From a virus (Duplodnaviria > Caudoviricetes): a DNA stretch of 46,475 nt. The stretch covers positions 1 through 46,475 of the IMG/VR virus record IMGVR_UViG_3300043432_000260. One strand, given 5' to 3'. The position numbers were made by a program, and so were the translations under genes. The notes under the pieces were generated by a model. That model did no database searches. It saw only the letters and a program-made list of their open reading frames with translations, and was not told where the DNA came from. Of this stretch, positions 1 through 7,725 are shown piece after piece. Every line of letters starts with the position of its first letter. Within the stretch, counting starts at the first letter, position 1.

Positions 1-16
1 AGAGTGGGACTCGGAG

Positions 17-142
17 CGGACGGAGTGCATCAAGAAGTTCCCCATCAAGTGAGGAGGGACACATGGACGGCAAGCCCTGGTATCAGAGCAAGACAGTCTG
101 GGTCAACCTCGTCGCGCTCGTCGGCGCCGTCGGCACGTGGGC
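17..142. repeat. 126-bp direct repeat, left copy (assembly circularisation overlap)
   Basis: Identical to 46350-46475 and lies inside the holin genes. Confidence 0.95.
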
Positions 143-251
143 GCAGGCCGGGTTCGGGATGCCGGGGCTGACCACGATCATCTTCCCGGTGCTGCTGCCG
201 ATCGCCAACATCATCCTCCGCCTCATCACCAAGCAGCCGATTGGAGACTAG
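63..251 (+). CDS. Holin-like small membrane protein (2 TM)
   Basis: GAGGAGG RBS; KPWYQSKTVW N-terminus typical of small phage holins; two hydrophobic segments; lies in the lysis cassette. Confidence 0.7.
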   Translation: MDGKPWYQSKTVWVNLVALVGAVGTWAQAGFGMPGLTTIIFPVLLPIANIILRLITKQPIGD

Positions 252-545
252 ATGGGAGGATGGCTGGCGGGACTGGTCGAGGGGCTGGTGCGCGGCCTCG
301 TGGCGCTCGTGGGCTATTTTCAGGCGCGCCGTGACCTGGAGACGACCGTCAGTCAGCGGGACGCCCTCGCCCAGCGAGACCGGGACCTGGCGGCCGAGCG
401 GTACAAGGCGGAGCATCCCGTGGACGCTCAGCTTGATCCTGCTGACGTGTTCCGGGTGCGGGACGGCGGCGGGCCTGTCCGCGTACCGGGTGACGCTGCC
501 CCCGCGTCCGATCCTCGCCAACCAGGCGACGGAGAGCCCCTGTGA
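252..545 (+). CDS. Putative inner-membrane spanin (Rz-like)
   Basis: N-terminal hydrophobic helix followed by a coiled-coil-like segment; follows the holin and overlaps a lipoprotein ORF. Confidence 0.55.
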   Translation: MGGWLAGLVEGLVRGLVALVGYFQARRDLETTVSQRDALAQRDRDLAAERYKAEHPVDAQLDPADVFRVRDGGGPVRVPGDAAPASDPRQPGDGEPL

Positions 546-687
546 CACTAGCGCGGGGCCGCAGCGATGCCTGACATTCGTGCGCGAAGACGTGGAGGCG
601 ATCTTGCGCTATCTGCTGACGCTCGAACGCGAGGTGTGCGCGGCGGGCGTGGCACTCGGCGTCAAGCCGGGGAACTGCCCGGAATGA
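331..687 (+). CDS. Putative outer-membrane spanin lipoprotein (Rz1-like); start uncertain
   Basis: LSLILLTCSGC lipobox-like segment and a Pro-rich mature part; partly overlaps the i-spanin in another frame; ATGA overlap with the next gene. Confidence 0.55.
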   Translation: MTWRRPSVSGTPSPSETGTWRPSGTRRSIPWTLSLILLTCSGCGTAAGLSAYRVTLPPRPILANQATESPCDTSAGPQRCLTFVREDVEAILRYLLTLEREVCAAGVALGVKPGNCPE

Positions 688-3053
688 CCCTCCTGCGACG
701 GATCGCGCTCACCTGTCTGGCGTTCGCCCTCGCCACCTCGGCGGCGCTCGCCCAGCCGGTCACGCCGTCGGGGACTTGGGCGGCGCTGCCGTCCTCGGCC
801 CTGCGTCCGGCGTTGGCGCCGATCGCCGGTGTCAACCTCGCCTCGTTCTTCGACTACTCCGGCGGCTGGTGGGACGAGGACCGGCAGGAGCTTGCCGTCT
901 GGGGCGGGGGCCACGGCGACTATCCGGGCAACGAGGTCTGCCGCTTCCCGCTCGCTACGGGGCGGTGGTCCTGCACCGCGCGCAGCCCCTACGTGGCCGA
1001 TCCTACGACCGAGATGACCGCCGATGGGCGTCCCTCGGCACGGCATACCTACGCCTGCCATGTCCGGGTCAACGTTCCCGGCTACGATGGCATGTTCTGC
1101 CACGGCGGCTCGCTCTGGCGCCTTGGCTACTCGACGGCCGCGACGTGGTTCTACCACCGCGACACGGAGACCTGGGAACGCCTCGCCAACCGGCCGCCGG
1201 GGGATTACGGCGCCACGTCGCTGGCCACCTACGCCGCGTGGGATTCCGTGCGCGAGCGCGTCCTTGTGCGGACGCGCAACGCCGTCCTCTCGTTCTCCTT
1301 CGTCACGAAGGCATGGGCCTATCAGGGGGCCGCGGACTGGACCGAGCGGAACGCCTCGGCGGCCTACGATCCCGTGCGGCAGGTGTTCGTGGTCCTGGGC
1401 GGCGGGCGGCTCGAAGCATGGTCCACGGCGGCCAGCCCGTGGGTGCGCCTGTCCGCGTCCGCGTCGGGTGAGACGGCGCCTGTGACCGCGCAGGGGCCGG
1501 GGCTCGTCTATGATCCCGTGGGTCAGCGATACCTCGCGCACACGGGCGGCCGCGACCTCTACGCGATCAATCGGGATACGTGGGCGATCATGCGGGTCGC
1601 AGGCGCGGGCGCCGATCCCGGCCCGGCCTACGTCTCCTCCGGCAACATGGGGCGGTTCCGCTACGTCGCCAAGACGCACGGGCTGCTTGTCGTCAGCACC
1701 GTTGACAGCGGTGTGTTCTACCACCAACTCGCCGGGACGGTGCCGATCCCGCCGCCGACGCCTCCCCCGGCGCCGTCACCGTCTCCCCCTGGGGCGCTCA
1801 TCCCGCTTGACACGTGGGTCGCCATCAAGGCGCCGAGCGCATTGACGGGGCCGGGCGTGCTCGCCGCGCTCTACGAAAAGCACATGACGGCGGCCTATTC
1901 GCCGAAGACCAAGCGGCTCTACTTCACGGGTGGCGACACGCGCGCCCACTTCGTCGGCCCCGGCGGCGTGGACTTCGGCAGCGCCTCGTACTATCAGGCG
2001 ACACACTCCCTCGACCTGACTGCGCGCCTGCAAGCCCCCGGGCAGGTCAACGCGGGATGGGCGACGGAACATGCCTACTGCGCCGGGCCGGGCGAGGTTG
2101 TCCCGAAGCGCCCGGATTTTGTCGGGTTCACCTGGGTCGCGTGGCTCGACCGCTTCGTGCTGGTGCCGGGCGAGTTCTACGTGGGCGATAGCGCGAACTG
2201 TCCCGGCGAGACGAGCGCCTACGCGGGCGATCCGCAGTACCCGTGGCGTCAGATCATGGACTTCGACGTGACGACGCGGCAATGGACCGTGCGGTCGGCG
2301 AACCACGGGGCGGTCTACGTCGGCAACGACTTCCCGTGGCAGACCGTCGCCGATCCGACCACGCGGCAACTGATTCGCCTCGAATCGAACGGCAACCTCG
2401 TGGCGGATCACTACGACCCGGCGACGGACAAATGGACCTACTACCCGACGACGGGCAACGGGCTCAACTGCATGAAGAGCCACCTCGCCTTCCTCGACCG
2501 GACGATCTACTGCGCCGACCGCGAGCACGGCCTGTTCGGAGCGTACAACGTGGACACGCACGCGGCGCGGGTCGTCGGCCCCCTGCCGGGGAGCGCGTGG
2601 TGCTGCATGTCCGTTCCCGCCGACAAGGGGTATCTGTTCGCGGTGCCCTCGGCACGGAAGATCGTCTACGTCGAATTGCTCCCGGCGACCCAGACGTGGC
2701 AGGTGTGGGCCTGGAGCCCAGAGGCGCCGACGTGGGTGCGGATCGACACGTTCCCGTGGCAGACGCTCGACGGCGAGGCGCTGCCCGCAGGCGAGATGCC
2801 GCACGGCACGAGCGGCGCCGTGGACACCGATCGCGGCCTGCTCTACCTGACCGGGGAATACGGGGGCACGGCCGCGTACTCGTGGGTCATCGCATTGTCG
2901 CCGAGTGCCACGCCACCTGCGCCGAGCCCGCCACCGACTCCGCCACCGCCGCCGAGCGTGCCGACCGTCACCATTCGTCTCGGCGTCCCTGCGTGCGTCG
3001 CCGACACGCCACCTTGTGTGGCGGTTGAGGTCGAGCACGTTGTCATCCCCTAA
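684..3053 (+). CDS. Secreted protein with two kelch-like beta-propeller domains and Pro/Thr-rich linkers
   Basis: Sec-type signal MTLLRRIALTCLAFALATSAALA-Q; kelch-like GG...W / YDP repeats; PPPTPPPAPSPSPP linkers. Confidence 0.7.
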   Translation: MTLLRRIALTCLAFALATSAALAQPVTPSGTWAALPSSALRPALAPIAGVNLASFFDYSGGWWDEDRQELAVWGGGHGDYPGNEVCRFPLATGRWSCTARSPYVADPTTEMTADGRPSARHTYACHVRVNVPGYDGMFCHGGSLWRLGYSTAATWFYHRDTETWERLANRPPGDYGATSLATYAAWDSVRERVLVRTRNAVLSFSFVTKAWAYQGAADWTERNASAAYDPVRQVFVVLGGGRLEAWSTAASPWVRLSASASGETAPVTAQGPGLVYDPVGQRYLAHTGGRDLYAINRDTWAIMRVAGAGADPGPAYVSSGNMGRFRYVAKTHGLLVVSTVDSGVFYHQLAGTVPIPPPTPPPAPSPSPPGALIPLDTWVAIKAPSALTGPGVLAALYEKHMTAAYSPKTKRLYFTGGDTRAHFVGPGGVDFGSASYYQATHSLDLTARLQAPGQVNAGWATEHAYCAGPGEVVPKRPDFVGFTWVAWLDRFVLVPGEFYVGDSANCPGETSAYAGDPQYPWRQIMDFDVTTRQWTVRSANHGAVYVGNDFPWQTVADPTTRQLIRLESNGNLVADHYDPATDKWTYYPTTGNGLNCMKSHLAFLDRTIYCADREHGLFGAYNVDTHAARVVGPLPGSAWCCMSVPADKGYLFAVPSARKIVYVELLPATQTWQVWAWSPEAPTWVRIDTFPWQTLDGEALPAGEMPHGTSGAVDTDRGLLYLTGEYGGTAAYSWVIALSPSATPPAPSPPPTPPPPPSVPTVTIRLGVPACVADTPPCVAVEVEHVVIP

Positions 3054-3091
3054 CGCATAGGAGAGACCCATATGGTGCCCGTGAGGTAGAC

Positions 3092-3454
3092 ATGCCACGT
3101 TTGAACATCATCATCTTAGAGCGAGACCGCGAGAATCCCCGTCTTTACACCTATGCACTCTGGGCGGACGTTCCCGCCACACGCCAGCCATTCTATGCGC
3201 TTGCGTGGGGACCGACGCGTGTGTCTGCTTGGAAGGACGCTCTTGCAGCCGATAACACGGCGCTCCAGAATGGCAGCGTCGTAGAAGACGTCCAGACGTT
3301 GCAGGTGCCTGTCGGTGCCACGCTCGCACAGATCCAGGGATTTCTTCAGGACCGCTGGACAGCGTACCAGACCGATATAACGACGACGAATCCGTGGCAA
3401 CGCTACGGCACGACTTGGAACGGCACGACGTGGGTCAACGGAGGGGTGGGCTAA
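3092..3454 (+). CDS. Hypothetical virion-associated protein
   Basis: GAGG RBS; abuts the next gene; located in the fibre block. Confidence 0.6.
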   Translation: MPRLNIIILERDRENPRLYTYALWADVPATRQPFYALAWGPTRVSAWKDALAADNTALQNGSVVEDVQTLQVPVGATLAQIQGFLQDRWTAYQTDITTTNPWQRYGTTWNGTTWVNGGVG

Positions 3455-3892
3455 ATGGCAACGACATTCAAGTGGGCCGCGCCGGAAGCCATCGCCACCT
3501 ATTACACGACCGAACTCAACAGCCTCGCCAACGCGGCCTTTGTCGCCGTCGGCGCGGAGATCGCCAACGAGACGGATCTGTACGAGTACATCGCCTTCGA
3601 GCTGGTGCTGGCCGCGCTCTCGCCAACAGCAGGGGCCTACGTGGACATCTGGATCGACTACCAACCCGACGGGACGAATTATGCCGACCCCGCGAAGCCG
3701 CTCCAGACTTCCGCGCTTTTGGCGACGCTGCAACTCGATACCACCGCCGCGACAGCGCAACGGATTGTCTCTCGGGCCTGCTCGATCCTCCCGCTCGATT
3801 TCAAGCTCCAGCTTCGCAATCAGTCAGGCGTGGCCTTTGCCAGCGCGAACAATACGCTGAAGTATCGGCGATTCAACGAACAGGGCGTCTAG
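3455..3892 (+). CDS. Hypothetical beta-sandwich virion/fibre protein
   Basis: GGAGG RBS; beta-rich sequence; tightly packed operon. Confidence 0.65.
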   Translation: MATTFKWAAPEAIATYYTTELNSLANAAFVAVGAEIANETDLYEYIAFELVLAALSPTAGAYVDIWIDYQPDGTNYADPAKPLQTSALLATLQLDTTAATAQRIVSRACSILPLDFKLQLRNQSGVAFASANNTLKYRRFNEQGV

Positions 3893-4807
3893 ATGCCGCG
3901 GTCTCTTCTCTGGCCCGATCCGCGAGTGAAGCCGCCGTATGGGGCGGCGGAGATCGACCGGACTCATCCACTCGCAGGAGGGCTTCAGGTCTATGTGCTT
4001 TGTCAACCCGATGGACCCGTTGGCACACGCGAGTTGGTGCGTGGCTCAATAGGCACGCCGACCAATGCGCCGGTGCTGGTCTCTCGTGGCTTGGATTGCC
4101 CGGCAGGCGGTACGGCGCATAGCGTCTTCGCCGATGCCGCCGTTGGCGGTGACGCGCCCTATTTGACCTCTGCCGGCGTGACGGTCCTCTGGCGTGGTCT
4201 CATTCGGACAGCGGGCGCATTCAGCGCCATGGCGATAAAGGCGGCCGGCAATGGAGGCACAAACAATCCCTTCGACATGCGGACGAACAATGCCACACCG
4301 CCGGAACTTCATTGTGTCCGTGCCACGGCGGCTGGCCCGACCGAGACCCGCACGGGTGGCATCATCGTAGTCAATCGCGTGGATGAATACGTCTACACGT
4401 TTGCGGATAACCTCTGTCAAACGCAGGGCGTGGCCTACCAAAGCGGAGTCTTCGTTGGGACCACCATTGAGGGTCCCACAACATCTGGCGCGGTCACGGG
4501 AAGCGGGGCGAATCTTTTGATGGGGCGTCGCGGCGATGGCGCCGTGCAACTTGATGGCACGACGATACATCTGGCAGTTTGGGGGCGAGCTCTCAGCGCC
4601 GATCAAGTGCAATGGTTCTATGCCGAACCCTACGCCATGCTCCGCCCCATCGTGCGGCGGCGGTACTTCGTGCCGGCGGCGGTACTTCGTGCCGGCGGCG
4701 GGCGGGGCGGGGATCACACCAACCGTCGGCAACATCGTCCTCACCGGCATCGCCCCAAGCCGCGTCATCGGCACTCTCCTCACGCCCAGCACACCATGAA
4801 AGGATAA
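3893..4807 (+). CDS. LamG/ConA-like jelly-roll protein with its C-terminus frameshifted by a 19-bp duplication (ancestral stop at 4799)
   Basis: LamG-type end LLMGRR...LDGTTIHLAVWGRALSADQVQWFY. Removing one repeat unit gives a 295-aa protein ending GITPTVGNIVLTGIAPSRVIGTLLTPSTP. Confidence 0.7.
   Translation: MPRSLLWPDPRVKPPYGAAEIDRTHPLAGGLQVYVLCQPDGPVGTRELVRGSIGTPTNAPVLVSRGLDCPAGGTAHSVFADAAVGGDAPYLTSAGVTVLWRGLIRTAGAFSAMAIKAAGNGGTNNPFDMRTNNATPPELHCVRATAAGPTETRTGGIIVVNRVDEYVYTFADNLCQTQGVAYQSGVFVGTTIEGPTTSGAVTGSGANLLMGRRGDGAVQLDGTTIHLAVWGRALSADQVQWFYAEPYAMLRPIVRRRYFVPAAVLRAGGGRGGDHTNRRQHRPHRHRPKPRHRHSPHAQHTMKG
4655..4701 (+). repeat. 19-bp tandem duplication (CGGCGGCGGTACTTCGTGC x2, plus a 9-bp partial copy)
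   Basis: Units at 4655-4673 and 4674-4692, then CGGCGGCGG. Confidence 0.95.
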
Positions 4808-4815
4808 CCGGGACC

Positions 4816-6294
4816 GTGGACACCGGCATCAGCTCGTTCGAAGGCTTCGCGCCAGAGATCACGATCGGCGCGGGGAATCCCGAAGCGCTGAAGTACGGCA
4901 AACTCTGGGCGCATCCGGAATACCGGAAGGTGGCTCCCGGCGAACAGCTCGCCCAGATCTTCCTCGCCCAAGCGCATCCGAAGGCCGGCTCGGAGGTTCT
5001 TGACTTCGGCTGCGGGACGGGCCGCGGGGCCCTCATGCTGGCGCTCCTCGGCGGCCTCCGCGTCACGATGCTCGACTTCGTGAACAATTGCCTCGACGAC
5101 GACGTGCGCGCCATGCTGACAACGCAGGCCCACGCGCTCCGCTTCATCAAGGCGGATCTCGAGCAGAAGTTGCCCGTCGCGGCGCCGTATGGCTTTTGCA
5201 CGGACGTCCTTGAACACATCCCGCCCGATAAGGTGGACCGGGTCCTCAACAACATCCTGCTGGCCGCCCAGCACGTCTTCTTCTCGATCTCGACCGTCGA
5301 GGATCGCTGCGGCGCCCTGATCGGCGAGCCGCTCCATCTGAGCCTCCACCCGTTCGCCTGGTGGATGGAGAAGTTCCGGGAGCGCGACTGCGTGATCCAT
5401 TGGTCGCAGGAGGTGGACGGCGCGTGTCTCTTCTACGTCTCGGCGTGGACGGCAGGGCCCGCGATCGTCGAGGCGGGCATCCTGAACGTCACCGACGAGC
5501 AGATCCGGGCGAATGTCCAACACAATATCGCGCAAGGCTGGCAGCAGGTCGCCCCCCATCCGACGAACGACGTCGAGGTGATGCTCCTCGGCGGCGGGCC
5601 CTCCATGCCAGCCTTCGAGAACGAGATGAAGCGCCAGCGGGCGGCCGGCGTCAAGCTCATCACGCTCAACGGCGCGTACAACTGGGCGCTGGCGCACGGC
5701 CTGACTCCCTCAGCGCAGATCATCGTGGACGCGCGGGCGTTCAATGCCCGATTCGTCCAGCCCGTCGTCGACGGGTGCAAGTACCTGCTCTCCTCCCAAT
5801 GTGATCCCTCCGTGTTCGAGGGATTGCCAGCGGACCGCACCTATCTCTGGCATACGAGCACGGACCTCATCAAGGATCTCCTCAACGCACAGTACGAGAA
5901 GTGGTGGTACGTCCCCGGTGGCTCGACCGTGCTCCTCCGCGCGATTCCGCTCTTGCGGATGCTCGGGTTCAAGCGATTCCATCTCTACGGGTGCGACAGC
6001 TGCCTCGGCGAGGCCGACCAACACCACGCCTACGCCCAGCCGGAAAACGATTCGGCCGTCGTCGTGCCGCTCTCCGTCCAGGCCGGCCGGATCTTCTACT
6101 GCCATCCGTGGATGATTGCGCAGGCACAGGAGATGCTGGACCTCATCCGGGTGCTCGGAGAAGAGATCGAGCTGGAGATCCATGGGGATGGGTTGCTAGC
6201 CCACATACTGCGGACGGCGGCCGCGGAGCAGGCTGCGGCCGATACGAAACGCCACGATCCGGCGGCGCTTCGCCATGCGGCAGAGAACCACTGA
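4816..6294 (+). CDS. Class I SAM methyltransferase fused to a Maf/MptE-like (DUF115-type) glycosyltransferase-like domain
   Basis: VLDFGCGTG and TDVLEHI methyltransferase motifs; second domain with LLGGGPS, TLNGA, GGSTV and LGFKRFHLYGCDS. GTG start inferred from the AAGGA upstream. Confidence 0.8.
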   Translation: MDTGISSFEGFAPEITIGAGNPEALKYGKLWAHPEYRKVAPGEQLAQIFLAQAHPKAGSEVLDFGCGTGRGALMLALLGGLRVTMLDFVNNCLDDDVRAMLTTQAHALRFIKADLEQKLPVAAPYGFCTDVLEHIPPDKVDRVLNNILLAAQHVFFSISTVEDRCGALIGEPLHLSLHPFAWWMEKFRERDCVIHWSQEVDGACLFYVSAWTAGPAIVEAGILNVTDEQIRANVQHNIAQGWQQVAPHPTNDVEVMLLGGGPSMPAFENEMKRQRAAGVKLITLNGAYNWALAHGLTPSAQIIVDARAFNARFVQPVVDGCKYLLSSQCDPSVFEGLPADRTYLWHTSTDLIKDLLNAQYEKWWYVPGGSTVLLRAIPLLRMLGFKRFHLYGCDSCLGEADQHHAYAQPENDSAVVVPLSVQAGRIFYCHPWMIAQAQEMLDLIRVLGEEIELEIHGDGLLAHILRTAAAEQAAADTKRHDPAALRHAAENH

Positions 6295-6295
6295 G

Positions 6296-6922
6296 ATGCC
6301 CAAAGGGGTCTATGTTCGTCAGAAGCCTATATGGAACAAAGGCCGGACGATGACTCCGGAGCAGCGAGTCAATAGCGGGCGCAAGCCGGGAAGTGTCCCG
6401 TGGAACAAGGGCATAAAGACGGGGCTCGCGCCATGGAGAGGAAAGACCCGCGGTCCACACTCTGCGGAGACAAGAGCCAAGATGCGGGCGGCAGCCCTCG
6501 GCAAGCCCAAGACGGCTTCTCACGCCGCGCACATTCTCGGGAAGATGTGGCACGGACCCAAGCCACTGTATCGCGGCGTGGAGTTTCGGTCCTCGTATGA
6601 GGTGCGCTTCGCGAGAACCTTGGACGTGCGAGGCGTGGCGTGGCAGTACGAGCCCAGGCGATTCGACCTTGGCTCATGCAGTTATCTCCCGGACTTCTAT
6701 CTGCCAGAGTTCGGGGCCTACGTGGAGGTCAAGGGCTATTTCTCCCCGGAAAGCCAGACGAAAGTCGCGCTTTTCCGGGCGTCACATCCCGAGTATCCCC
6801 TCGTGGTTGTGATGCGGCAGCTCATCGAACGGCTTGAACAGGAGGAACAGAATCATGGCGGTGGGAACCTGGAAGATCACCTAGGTCTCGTCGCACGGGA
6901 ACGTGCGATGGAAACGGCGTGA
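6296..6922 (+). CDS. Free-standing homing endonuclease: NUMOD3-like DNA-binding repeats plus a PD-(D/E)XK nuclease
   Basis: WNKG repeats and HSAETRAKMR; nuclease core FRSSYE...YLPDF...VEVKG. The ORF overlaps exon 1 of the next gene and stops inside the intron. Confidence 0.8.
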   Translation: MPKGVYVRQKPIWNKGRTMTPEQRVNSGRKPGSVPWNKGIKTGLAPWRGKTRGPHSAETRAKMRAAALGKPKTASHAAHILGKMWHGPKPLYRGVEFRSSYEVRFARTLDVRGVAWQYEPRRFDLGSCSYLPDFYLPEFGAYVEVKGYFSPESQTKVALFRASHPEYPLVVVMRQLIERLEQEEQNHGGGNLEDHLGLVARERAMETA

Positions 6923-7581
6923 ATTGACGGGAACCCTACACGCTCTCAGGGCGCAAGGGAATCCGCAGCCAAGCCGAGCCGGAATGCTCGGAAGGTTCAG
7001 AGACTAGAGGAAGTAGGCCAGACCGGTCGAAACCTCCACGAGCGCGCCGCACCCGAGGGAACGGGTGAAGAGATAGTCCCAGCCTCCGTGGAAACGCGGA
7101 GTGGCCGGATAAAGAGCCGGCCGAAGGCAAGACTTGCTATGCGAAGGCGAAGAAGTACATCGGGAATGGAACAATTACATTGGGGGCCGGGGTATTCAAG
7201 CTCAGTCTTCATCGCACGTCGGCGAGCGCGGCCATCATCGTGCTCTCGACGCGCTCGACGTTCGCCTCGATCGGCTCGGAGATCTCGGCGCGCGGCGGCT
7301 ACGTGGCGGGCGGGCGGAACATCGGTCCGGCGACGGGGCAGTGGACCGTCGGCGCCTCGGCCAAGCAGTACAAATTCACGTACACGACGGCGGGGCTCGT
7401 CTTCACGGCCTCTGGGTCGTCGCTCATCAACATCCGGTTCGCGCTGATCCGGAACTCGACGGGGGCGGGCGCGGGCAAGGTGCTGTGCTTTGCCTCGCTC
7501 TCCTCGGCGCAGTTCACGATCGCCTCACCGAATACACTGAGCATCCTGCCGGCCGCGACGGGCGTGTTCACGCTCGCGTGA
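6855..7581 (+). CDS. Intron-split small virion/fibre subunit: join(6855..6877,7137..7581), 155 aa
   Basis: GGAGG RBS before ATG 6855. Splicing restores MAVGTWKI-YAKAKKYIGNGTITLGAGVFKLSL...GYVAGG...GVFTLA, in frame with ORF 7180-7581. Confidence 0.85.
6878..7136 (+). ncRNA. Group I self-splicing intron, ORF-less, 259 nt, with an IA-like P7-P3 insertion
   Basis: P AATTGACGGGAA (6922-6933); Q AATCCGCAGCC (6960-6970); R GTTCAGAGACTA (6995-7006); S AAGAGATAGTCC (7068-7079); P3 CGGCGTG/CGCGCCG; P2 and P9 GNRA hairpins; P8 hairpin. The 5' exon ends in U paired to G in P1, and the intron ends in G. Confidence 0.93.
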
Positions 7582-7725
7582 TCGGGGGAGTGTCTTCAGC
7601 GGTGTGGGACCTCGGGGGAGGTCTATCTGCATGTCGCCCGCGAGGATAGGCGTGCCCTCTCCTCCGCGGCCTCGTGGGCTCTCCATGTGCGACTCTGTGG
7701 AGCGAAACAGGATCGGATGATGTAG

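Noticed and set aside
17-142. Biological direct terminal repeat
   Set aside because: It falls inside holin genes, far from the packaging region, and has k-mer-like length; it is best explained as assembly overlap.
4579-4815. N-terminal extension of the methyltransferase to 571 aa
   Set aside because: It overlaps the LamG gene and is low-complexity; the SD and GTG near 4816 are more plausible.
7582-7725. Double stop read-through fusing the 155-aa protein to the PhoD fibre (the gap is open and in frame)
   Set aside because: It needs two read-throughs, the encoded peptide looks non-coding, and being in frame has a 1-in-3 chance. Only a short TCGGGGGAG repeat was noted.
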